DNA of 62,344 nucleotides, the filler included, from Dimargaris cristalligena (taxonomy: Eukaryota): NCBI GenBank assembly GCA_003614675.1. It is 19 parts of 19 records of this genome, joined end to end, with 100 filler letters (N's around TTAATTAATTAA, not from the genome) between each part and the next. Parts side by side here need not be neighbours in the genome. Positions count along the whole stretch, not along the records: positions 52,689 to 55,841 come from ML004019.1; positions 55,942 to 59,093 come from ML004020.1; positions 59,194 to 62,344 come from ML004021.1; 16 more parts are not named here. One strand, written 5' to 3'. The notes beneath the pieces were generated by a model. That model had not been told where the DNA came from. It ran no database searches and was given only the letters and a program-made list of their open reading frames with translations. Shown in pieces: positions 52,689 to 62,344 of this stretch. Position 1 is the first letter of the stretch. The number at the start of each line of letters is the position of its first letter. The position numbers were made by a program, and so were the translations under genes.

Positions 52689-53217
52689 CTATATAAGAAT
52701 TAGTTGAATTTATAACTGATGAAGAAAAATATCTATTTTGAAATAAAGAATATTCATTTAAGTTAAACAAATAAGAATTTCGCCGATTTAAAAATTTTAT
52801 GATGTTTGAAACTATTAAATATTAAAATAAATAAAAAATTTGATTTTTCAATTAATAATAAATTGTAATAGGGATTAAAGAAATCAAGTGTGGGTTAGGG
52901 AGTTAGCCTTCCACTCCTTGCCAACGGCGAAATTGGACTTTCTTGCCTTACCTAATAAAATTTATTAAAAATAGAGATAATAAAAATCAAATAAAAAAAT
53001 CAGTATTATCTAACTGATAAAAATTAAATTAGTATAAAAATAAAAAAAAATAAAACCTTCAACGTATAGTCGTTAAGGGAATATTTTATATTTCCCTACT
53101 GATTTTCCTATAGTGTTCTAGGTATAAAAATTTTATTATAGGTTTTTTTCAGTATACAGTTAAATTTTATTATCAAATATTACATAAATATGAAATATAT
53201 GAAAGGGCCTAGAGACA
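52689..53217 (-). other. Group I intron in mitochondrial rnl (site ~L1065, E. coli numbering estimated), 3' part off contig
   Basis: Exon ends AAGTGGGCT with P1 partner AGGCCC (U-G pair); core elements TATACTGAAA (P), AATCAGTAGG (Q), CTTAACGACTATACG (R); probable ORF start near the contig edge. Confidence 0.8.
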
Positions 53218-53821
53218 AGCCCACTTAATGGTTGAAAATTTAAAATAGAACTTTCTTAATTTCACTTAGTAATATTTTGGGACCTTAATATTGGTTCTGG
53301 GCTGTTTCCCTTTAGAGAATGAATCTTAGCATTAATTCTCTGACTATTCTTTATTATATGAAATGGTTTTTCAAGGTTAAATATAATTGATAAAACTATA
53401 AGTCCCCCAATCAGAAGCAATGCTTCTCATATTCAGAGCTGTACTACCAAACATAATATAACATCAAAGATGCTTTAAAGAATGTTCTACTAAAATAGTT
53501 TTCGCGGAATACCAGCTATTTCCTAGTTCGATTAGCTTTTCACTCCTTATCACAGTTCATCGAAGCATATTGCTACATGCACTCGTTCAGTCATAAAACC
53601 TGACCATAATAAGATCACTAGGTTTCGGGTCTGATAATTGAAACTAAAAGGTTTTTTTTTTTTATTAAAACTAGCTTTCACTACGTCTAAAAGACTTGCT
53701 TCAAATTATCAACTTGCTGACCCATTATGCAAGAGGTACGTTGTTAGAGTTTTTACTCCTTCAACTGCTTATAGACTTATTAATTCAGGATCTTTTCACT
53801 AGTATACTACTTTCTTTTCAA

Positions 53822-54995
53822 CGCAAAAACGAAAATTATTCGTCTTCGGACTATATCTTTTATTTACTTTTAAATAAAGTTAATAAATTAGTATGTAGTC
53901 TCTGAGGTATAATATAAAAATATTTTACCTGCTAGTTAGTTAAGAAATAATTCATCAAATATGAATTTAAATCTAGTACTTTCCAGCATTTTACTAATTA
54001 TATGAATGACAATTATTTGTCATTGGGACCGTTTTAAAAAATTTTTCACAAAAATAAAGAAAAATATAAAAAATAATAAAAAAAAAATAACTCATTTTTT
54101 TAAAAATAAGTAAATTATATATTTGGGAAGGGAGTTAATTAATAAAGTTTTTTTTTCAAAACTTCAAATAGGCAAAAACAAAAAGAAATAATCAATTCTA
54201 AAACTTTATAGATATTTCTGTATAAGAAACTAACCAACCTCTAAATAATTTTTTAGTTCTTATACAATTAAGAAAGTTAGTTTTATTAGCACCTTCCGCC
54301 CTGCATGTATAATTTAAACTTTCATACATAGTAATTAATTCCAAACTATCAGGATCATAAAAATATACGGGCTTATATCTATGCTTCGAAGCTATAATAC
54401 TCTTTAATTTATCCTCTTCAGATAATTTAATACCTTTATTAACAGGTATTTTACCTAAATTCTTTCCTATACAGGATAAACTCATTTTTTCCCTACTTTC
54501 AAGAGTATGAGAAACTCCAAACCTAGACCAACCAGCTTTTTTACTAAAATTAAAAGAAGGTTGTAATAAATCAATGTAATATTGTTCTGCAGATATAACA
54601 ATATTAGTTATCTCAGCTTTAGTACTATTCAATGGAATTTCTATCCATTTTAATATATATAAAGTAAAATTATCTTTTCCATATTTTTTAAAAGCATTTT
54701 GAAGATATTTATTAGAATCAACTCCAAAAAGATGATTCTTAAATCTAACATGAGGTTCAATAGTACTACCAACATAACAATTTTTTGAATTGTTAAGATG
54801 AAACACATATATACAAGGTTTATTAATAAGTTTAAGTTCTTTTACCATAGCAGTTATAGAATCTAGATTATGTAAATTAAAATACATTTTTTCGATTAAA
54901 ATATTTAAGTTTAAAGAAACACAAATATTATATTTAATCATTTTTTTTATTATTTTTATAATTCTTCTAAAATTTTGCGAAATAAATTAATATTT
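53822..54995 (-). other. Group I intron in rnl domain I carrying a homing endonuclease ORF
   Basis: Core P AATGCTGGAAA, Q AACTAGCAGG, R TCAGAGACTACA and S AAGATATAGTCC at ~53845-53995; interrupts GAGGGAAC(G)/TTGAAAAG. Boundaries uncertain by 1-2 nt. Confidence 0.88.
54198..54941 (-). CDS. Intron-encoded GIY-YIG homing endonuclease
   Basis: PCIYVF...CYVGST...RFKNH...LQNAFKKYGKDNF...EQYYID...P.FN catalytic domain; HTLESREKMS (NUMOD3-like) and KPVYFYD (NUMOD1-like). Confidence 0.92.
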   Translation of the reverse strand: MIKYNICVSLNLNILIEKMYFNLHNLDSITAMVKELKLINKPCIYVFHLNNSKNCYVGSTIEPHVRFKNHLFGVDSNKYLQNAFKKYGKDNFTLYILKWIEIPLNSTKAEITNIVISAEQYYIDLLQPSFNFSKKAGWSRFGVSHTLESREKMSLSCIGKNLGKIPVNKGIKLSEEDKLKSIIASKHRYKPVYFYDPDSLELITMYESLNYTCRAEGANKTNFLNCIRTKKLFRGWLVSYTEISIKF

Positions 54996-57645
54996 CGTTC
55001 CCTCACGGTACTTATACACTATCGCTTAATATATTATATTTAGCCTTAGAGGATGGTTCCCCTATATTCAAACAAATTTTCTTTCATTTTACTTTTTTTT
55101 TATTTCATTTTATAAAATTAAATATATATATACTGGACTTTAACCATCTTTGGTTTATTATTTAAAAAATAAATTATTATTATATAATACCAATAATTCT
55201 TTTTAAAACAATAACTATGTTAAAAAAAGATTTTTTTTGGAATAAATTAAGATCCTATGGATCTGGGCTAATCTACTTTCGCTCACCACTACTTATAGAA
55301 TCTCGGTTGATTTCTTTTCCTCGGAGTAATAAGATGTTTCAGTTTCTCCGGTAATTTTTTTTTAGACCTTAAAATTTAATAAAAAAAAATTATACAAATC
55401 TTTTTTATTAGTCTAGAACAGTTTTAACTGAAGGAATTTCCTAGATCATTATTCTTTTACTAGGATTAAGGTTATATTTACCTCCTTAATAATATATTAG
55501 CTAGTCATTTTTAATAAGTCCTTTTTTCCTTAATTATATATTACATATCAAATATAGATATTTTTATATATCTAAAATATTAAAAATTTATCCCTCTTCA
55601 TAAAAAAAATAATAATAAAAATACTATAATAAATTATTTAATTAAAATTCTTTAAGACCTTTTTAGCAATAATTTTAATCAAACTAAAAAAAACCCTTGT
55701 TCGAACAAATTAAAAATCAACTATCAAATTAAAAAAAATTAGAAAATCAAAATAAATATTTATTTTAAAAAACACATATATATGTGTCTTTCGATACAAA
55801 TTTAATTAAATTTTTTTTTTATAAATATTTAATTTTATATANNNNNNNNNNNNNNNNNNNNNNNNNNNNNNNNNNNNNNNNNNNNTTAATTAATTAANNN
55901 NNNNNNNNNNNNNNNNNNNNNNNNNNNNNNNNNNNNNNNNNGGGCGTTATAACTCTATATTTAATACATCATAATCACACTTAGTCCGGGCCAATAATTG
56001 GCTGAGTGCCAATGTTGTATTAATGGATTCCGCCGAGGCGAGTGATGCGCACTCGAGTCAGTACGCATACCGGCCCCATCTTACTGGCGGATGTATAATT
56101 ACCGCGGATAACTGCAGACTGCATCAATAATTGTCCGTATGTCAGCTGGACGTGGTTGTATTTCTGTATAGCGACAGGGGGCTGTCGAATGTTAAATGCA
56201 GTGTAAATGGGTCAGTTTTTAAGTCGCTGATTCCAATAGGCTTACCACATTGCCTCTACCCAGCTAGAGCCCATCATGCCTATTGGATTACCTACCACCC
56301 ACCCTTCCCACTACCCAACCAGTCGCATTCGCTGTCCGAGTGGTTTTCCCAGCTTGTATAGATTTCCCTAAAATCAGTTTGTGAGCTATCCAATCGACCT
56401 GCACCGTGCTTACGCCAGGGTCTACGTCAACCGGATTGCCTCCAAGTGTTTGCTGGTTGAAGCGCCGATACGGAGGGCTCTAAAGGTGAAATCAGCCTAA
56501 AGAAGCTGTACGCCAGCATGCGAATATGGGTACTTCAATAGCTTTCCTCAAGCACAAGGATGGCGGACTCGACAATTCAGCAATCTAATCTGTACCATGC
56601 GGCTATTTATTGAAGGGGCATATTATACATTTCTATACGACATATTCACGGGTTTAGCCATCGAGTGAATCAAGGAATCGCCATTAATTTATTTGTAATG
56701 AGGGGGGAGGAGTGCCTTGGGCCAACTATTTGTCCGGCCCTTCTTAAGCCCCGTAGAGTCGCCAGGCAAGCCTAGACGAAATAATCACCCCTGGATCGGC
56801 TATTCACTTTTGACTTGGCTCCACAGATGATAAGCCCGTCCAAGTCCAGTTGAAATGGTGGATGATGTGCCGGCTGTCTACCCGTTTTCTCACGAAACCT
56901 ACGGGGGTGCCGCATAGGGGAGCTACGAAAAACGGATGAACCTTAAGCATGGGCTGAGGCAATGCCGGAATAGTATAGTTTCGCCCGCGGGTTACGGGAC
57001 TTTGGCCTGCCTCGCCGACCAAAAGGCCGTGTAAACCAACCAGATGTGGCTTGGATTTACCTGAACATTCGAATTAGACTCCGCAGCCACTTCCTGGCAA
57101 TACCCGTTCTTCAGGAATAGTTTTGCCTAGCCAGCCCGAGTGCAAATCGGACCATTGGCCAATCCCCGGGTAAAGAGGCCCGTGCAGTGGGGCGGAAGCA
57201 ATGCCCCTTGGTATGTGGAGTAGCACACTGTTCCATCAGCCTGTGCCTGACTGCTCCCCGATTACCCCAAATGGACAACGAGTGTGTGAAATGGTGCGAC
57301 TAGATCCTCGCCAATATCTCTAGGTAGTCCACCCAATGGATTATTCAATAGTGGATTGGTTTGGTATGTCAGGTAGATCTTGCGCGGCCCTCTGTGCATT
57401 TGAATTGGACGGAGAGAGGGTCCAATTAAATTATATGCCTGGGTTGTCACCCAAAGTAATTCTATTCTGACACTTCCCGCTTCTATTATTTTGAAGCAGC
57501 GATTCAAATTGGTATTTATATCCCTCCCAGGGACTTCTGCCTCGTTTGACTCAGTCCCCCCTATATACAATCTAACCCATTTTCCTGGTTCCTACTGACC
57601 TTTTAATCCTCCCCCTCACTCAATATATCAACGAACCCTTGTAGT

Positions 57646-58284
57646 ATGAAGATTACATTTGCTTTACTAGTTACCTTGGCGGCTGCCTGGGCCCATCCTG
57701 AGCTCTATCATCACAACACCTTCCCGGGCTTCCGCCGGTTGGATTACTGCCCGGCCGAGTGCACCACGACCATTGTGCAAACCACGACGGAGACTGCACC
57801 CCCGACGACCGTAACTGATACGGCATTCGTTACCACGACCCAGACCCAGACCCAGACCCAAACCCAGACCAAAACCACCTCCGTCACCGTCACCAAGACC
57901 AAGACTTCTTCGGTCACTGTGTTTATCCCCATAACTACCACTGTGACTTGGGCGGGCGAAACCGACGTCGACACTGCCACCGATGTCCCGACTAGTTCCA
58001 CCACCACAACCGCCCCCGCACCGGGGCCTACCTTTGCTGACGGCAACCACCAAATCTACGTGGTCATATTCCAAGGGGGGTTCAGCACCACCCAAGGCCA
58101 AACCTCCCGGGCCAACTTCTTCGATACCATCACCTCCTGGGGTCTTCCGTACGAGATCACGGCCAACTACACGGCTCTGACCAACGGGGTGGCCATTGAT
58201 TTCCTCAACGATTATTATGGACAAGCCTCCCGCATTCCCGGGGTAGCCAGCATGGCCCCCAACCAGGTCAGCGGCAGTCTGTGA
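57646..58284 (+). CDS. Secreted protein: signal peptide, Thr-rich mucin-like stalk, C-terminal peptidase inhibitor I9-like domain
   Basis: MKITFALLVTLAAAWA signal; TQ/TT repeats; IYVVIF...ITANYTALTNGVAI...IPGVASMAPNQV matches the subtilisin-propeptide pattern; AATAAA downstream. Confidence 0.75.
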   Translation: MKITFALLVTLAAAWAHPELYHHNTFPGFRRLDYCPAECTTTIVQTTTETAPPTTVTDTAFVTTTQTQTQTQTQTKTTSVTVTKTKTSSVTVFIPITTTVTWAGETDVDTATDVPTSSTTTTAPAPGPTFADGNHQIYVVIFQGGFSTTQGQTSRANFFDTITSWGLPYEITANYTALTNGVAIDFLNDYYGQASRIPGVASMAPNQVSGSL

Positions 58285-58928
58285 GCGGAACGGGGCACAG
58301 CGATGCTAGCCCCGATCAATTGAATTTGAATTTGAATTATAATTTGATATTGGTATTCTGAATAAATGACGGATTAATTACACCCTGAACCCCTAGATTC
58401 GTTTTTGAAGGGAACTGCTATATTGGATATGGGTGGGTCCGAGTGGATGGCACTGTTGGGGCAAATCAGCCTGGGACGAGGTTGGGCTACCGCCTCGCCC
58501 GGGGCCTGCCTGGATTCCAAGCCCCTCGACCTAGGGTTAGAGCAGGAGCAGTCCCAGGCCGAACAGCCGGTTAAATAGTTTAGCAGTTATATGGTTAAAT
58601 AGTTGTAAGGCTAATAAAGCCGCCATTTCCTACTGGCTTGGTGGACAAAGGCCTCTCTCCTCCTTTCCCCACACACGCATACATCCACGCCCCGCTTTTC
58701 CACCAGCCATCTGCTTAACTTTAGGCGAAGGAAAAACCCTTCGCATTCCGCCTTGGTCATCTGTACACCCTTGTCCAACTCGCTCTGTCTCTATTCCCCA
58801 TTCCTTCTCTCTTTTAAAAATACCCTCGACGCTCCTGTCTCCTAGGCTTATTTGCTCCATCTCGCCTTGGCTTATCCCCTGGTCCGTGTCGCGGCGGCTC
58901 TGCATTCCCTCCACTCCTTCACTCCGCG

Positions 58929-59093
58929 ATGGCGTCCTCGCCCCTCAAACACAGCTACTCCTTTACCTCCAGCCCCTCCCCGTCGTCACCCGACTTTCAG
59001 GCCAAGCACTCTTTGGCCGACGTACTGCGCTGGGACGAGGCCCAGGTGGCCCACTGGCTACAGGAGTGCAATCTCGGCCAGTACGAGCAGCTC
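58929..59093 (+). CDS. 5' fragment of an N-terminal SAM-domain protein (Ste11/Ste50-like possible)
   Basis: VLRWDEAQVAHWLQECNLGQYEQL is a typical SAM start; truncated by the contig end. Confidence 0.75.
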
Positions 59094-60289
59094 NNNNNNN
59101 NNNNNNNNNNNNNNNNNNNNNNNNNNNNNNNNNNNNNTTAATTAATTAANNNNNNNNNNNNNNNNNNNNNNNNNNNNNNNNNNNNNNNNNNNNTACGCGA
59201 ATTCCGAAGGCCGCTGGCAATAGGCCGGATGCCCCGGGTAGTACACATTCATTACCAAGTCAATGTTTTCACAAATCAGTTGTATCCACAACTTAATGCC
59301 AAACCCCGAATATGTTCACCAGAGCCACCAGCATGGTTCGCCGTCCTACTTGACCTCACTGGTGTATTATGTGCACGCATGTCAGTCCTTGTTTGGGGGT
59401 TTGCTTCAATTTGCCGCGCTCACCTCACCACTGGGCTTCTTCACTTGGCATTAACTAGACTGGAGGCTCAATGTAACTCGCACTCTGTATTTCCAACAAT
59501 CGGTACAGTATCGCCATTTTTATATCTATATTATGTAATTAGGGTGGGAAGAAGCTAGCTTCAGATGATTAATTGGGAGAAGTTCATTCAGGCTGTATAG
59601 CGAAAAATCTATTGGATGAGGCCAATATTACTGGTTAAAAGATATTCTCACATATATTCGTCCATACACGTATTATGTAAAACCTTATACAGCTGGTTTG
59701 AATTTCTTCCAATTGTTAAACCAGTCTAGAGTGATGCACGTCCTTAATGCCTCGGAGGGTATATAAGGGTGGTCCATCCCTGGTGAATGGGCTCAACCAT
59801 GGAACGGCTGGCCTGCTTGTACTTCATACAATCAGCTGGTATAGCTTTTATAGAAATAGGACATGTCGATTAGCCCACAGTACTACTTTAAAGACAGCCA
59901 AAGACCCCGCCACCGTACCCTACACGTCATGGCAAAAGCAGCGCACCCGGAATGTGGGCCGAGGGCCTTGCCGTGGACCAATAGTGGCGGAGTATAATAT
60001 CAGAAGGGGAGGCACACCTTTAGTGGATGAATGTGTGTCACACACGTTCTATTTGGCTGTAGATGATTCATCTTTTTTTGCCTACTCTACCACCACCGTG
60101 GCAATGATGTGTGGAGTGGACTATATCGATGGTCGACTAATAAAGCTTGGCCGTACCATTCTTGGCTGCCTGTTTCGACAACATCCAGCTTCTTTTGTGT
60201 TGGCCCTGCCGTAGATTACCTTAGCTTCGTTGTTTCTGTTACTATTCTATAGGTCCTACTTTTCGTGAATTCGCCCTCCGCTTGAAACC

Positions 60290-62344
60290 ATGGCCGACCA
60301 AGCTGGCTTTACCGGGTTTTCCTTCCCCAAAGAGGAAGAAAAGATCCAAGCCTACTGGCGGGAGATCGACGCTTTCCGCACCTCCGTTAAACTGTCCGAG
60401 GGTCGCAAACCCTTCACCTTTTACGACGGCCCGCCCTTCGCCACGGGTCTGCCCCACTACGGCCACTTGTTGGCCGGCACCATCAAAGACGTGGTGACCC
60501 GGTTCGCTCACCAGACCGGCCACTATGTCGAGCGCCGCTTCGGCTGGGATTGCCATGGCCTCCCCGTCGAGCATGAGATCGACAAGAAACTCCACATCAC
60601 CGGCCGGGACGACGTGATGGCCATGGGTATCGACAAGTACAACGCCGAGTGCCGTAGCATTGTCATGCGTTATGCCAATGAATGGCGCTCTACCGTGGAG
60701 CGTCTCGGTCGTTGGATCGACTTTGACAATGACTACAAGACCCTGGACACCTCCTTCATGGAGAGTGTCTGGTGGGCCTTTGGCCAGCTCTATGGCAAGG
60801 GCAAGGTCTACCGCGGCGTGCGCGTCATGCCCTTCTCCACCGGCTGTAACACCCCCCTGTCCAACTTCGAGGCCACCCAGAACTACAAGGATGTGGTGGA
60901 CCCCGCTGTGACGGTGGCCTTCCCCCTGGTGTCCGACCCCACTGTGCAGCTGCTGGCCTGGACCACTACCCCGTGGACCCTGCCCAGTAACTTGGCCCTC
61001 TGTGTCAACCCGGACTTTGAGTACATCAAGATCCGCGACGGCGAGACGGGCCAGCTCTACGTTTTGCTCGAGAAGCGCCTGGATGTTCTGTACAAGAACC
61101 CCAAGAAGGCCAAGTTCGAAATCCTGGATCGCTTCTCCGGTAGCTCGATGCTGGGCTGGGAGTACATCCCTCTCTTCGACTACTTCGTGGAGGAATTCCA
61201 GGGACGGGCCTTCAAGGTGCTCAACGACCGCTAGGTCACCGACGAAAGTGGTACCGGTATCGTCCACCAGGCCCCTGGCTTCGGTGAGGACGATCACCGC
61301 TGCTGTACCGAAGCCGGCGTGATTAGTCCCGACGGTTTCCTCCCCTGCCCCGTCAATGAGTCCGGTATTATGACCAGCGAGGTTACCGACTTCGCCGGCC
61401 TCTACATCAAGGACGCTGATAAGGAAATCCAGAAGCACCTTAAGCGCGTTAACCGCCTGGTGCGTCAAACCCAAATGTCCCATAGCTACCCCTTCTGCTG
61501 GCGGTCCGACACCCCTCTCGTGTACAAGGCCGTGCCCTCCTGGTTTGTACGGGTCCGGGAAATTACCGACCGTCTCCTGGCCAACAACCGCACCTCCCGC
61601 TGGGTGCCCGAATTCGTGCAGGAGAAGCGCTTCGGTAACTGGCTGGCTGCCGCCCGCGACTGGAACATCTCCCGGAACCGCTACTGGGGTACTCCCATCC
61701 CCCTGTGGGTGAGCGACGACTACGAGGAAGTGGTCTGCGTAGGCTCGGTGGCCGAGCTGGAGGAACTGACCGGCGTCACCGGCCTGACCGATATCCATCG
61801 CGACAAGATCGATCACCTCACCATTCCTTCCCGCACCGGCCGCGGGGTTCTGCGTCGTATCGAAGAGGTCTTTGACTGTTGGTTCGAGTCCGGCAGCATG
61901 CCCTACGCCCAGAAGCACTACCCCTTTGAGAACCGCGAGCTGTTCGAGAGCACCTTCCCGGCTGATTTCGTCTCCGAGGGTATTGATCAGACCCGTGGTT
62001 GGTTCTACACTCTGCTGGTCCTGTCCACGCACTTGTTTGACTGCGCCCCCTACAAGAACCTGATCGCCAGTGGGTTGGTCCTGGCCGCTGACGGCAAGAA
62101 GATGAGCAAGCGCCTCAAGAACTACCCCGACCCCACCCTGGTCATTGACAAGTACGGTGCCGACGCTCTGCGCATGTATCTGATCAACTCCCCCGTGGTC
62201 CGGGCCGAAACCCTCAAATTCAAGGAAGAGGGCGTCAAGGAGGTGCTCTCCCGGGTGTTCCTGCCCTGGTACAACTCCTTCCGCTTCTTCCAGACCCAGG
62301 TCGCTGTCCTGCACGCCGAGTCGGGCATTTCCTTCGAGTACAAC
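60290..62344 (+). CDS. ILS1: Cytosolic isoleucyl-tRNA synthetase, 3'-truncated by the window, with one in-frame TAG at 61232-61234
   Basis: DGPPFATGLPHYGH, GWDCHGLP, WTTTPWTLPSN, then in the same frame after the TAG: GTGIVHQAPGFGEDD, DWNISRNRYWGTPIP, EGIDQTRGWF, DGKKMSKR; uniform GC3 bias on both sides. Confidence 0.95.

Larger units (their letters stand above)
53218..55470 (-). rRNA. rnl: Mitochondrial large-subunit rRNA, 5' part (exons ~55470-54996 and 53821-53218)
   Basis: Conserved LSU motifs on the minus strand: GAACTGAAACATCT, GGAAAAGAAATCAACCGAGATTC, AGTAGTGGTGAGCGAAA, GTACCGTGAGGGAA, GACCCGAAACCTAGTGATCT, AATAGCTGGTATTCCGCGAAA. The 5' end is approximate. Confidence 0.93.

Noticed and set aside
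61217-61234. 18-nt GT...AG micro-intron (GTGCTCAACGACCGCTAG) that would remove the IleRS stop in frame
   Set aside because: Far shorter than the other introns seen here, has a poor donor, and would delete conserved residues including the Tyr position.
60242-62314. 690-aa minus-strand ORF
   Set aside because: Antisense shadow of the GC3-biased IleRS frame; no recognisable motifs.

Overview
This is not one locus. It is 19 unrelated contigs of about 3.15-3.22 kb, in decreasing length order, joined by identical 100-nt N/TTAATTAATTAA spacers, so neighbourhood across spacers means nothing. Most contigs look like nuclear DNA of a fungus; an early-diverging lineage is inferred, not proven. They carry a tRNA-Asn, a CDF zinc transporter, a receiver-domain exon, a probable Mediator Med5 fragment, a SAM-domain 5' fragment, a probable subtilisin 3' end and several secreted proteins (Gln-rich; Thr-rich plus I9 inhibitor; signal peptide plus F-box-like pseudogene). 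They also carry a cytosolic IleRS interrupted by one in-frame TAG, an M3 peptidase pseudogene, a decayed Ty3/gypsy element and at least four families of LTR-like repeats showing strong C>T/G>A decay. Two contigs are mitochondrial: trnG, trnV, a decayed GIY-YIG gene and atp9; and the 5' part of rnl with two group I introns and an intact GIY-YIG ORF. The most striking contig (49430-52588) is compact, intronless and keeps its CpGs. It encodes a homeodomain protein, a frameshifted DnaJ protein, a beta-rich protein and a DUF3152-like zincin missed by the ORF track, next to a TATCGATA palindrome array, and looks like a giant-virus (NCLDV) fragment. All family calls are by motif recognition; no searches were run.
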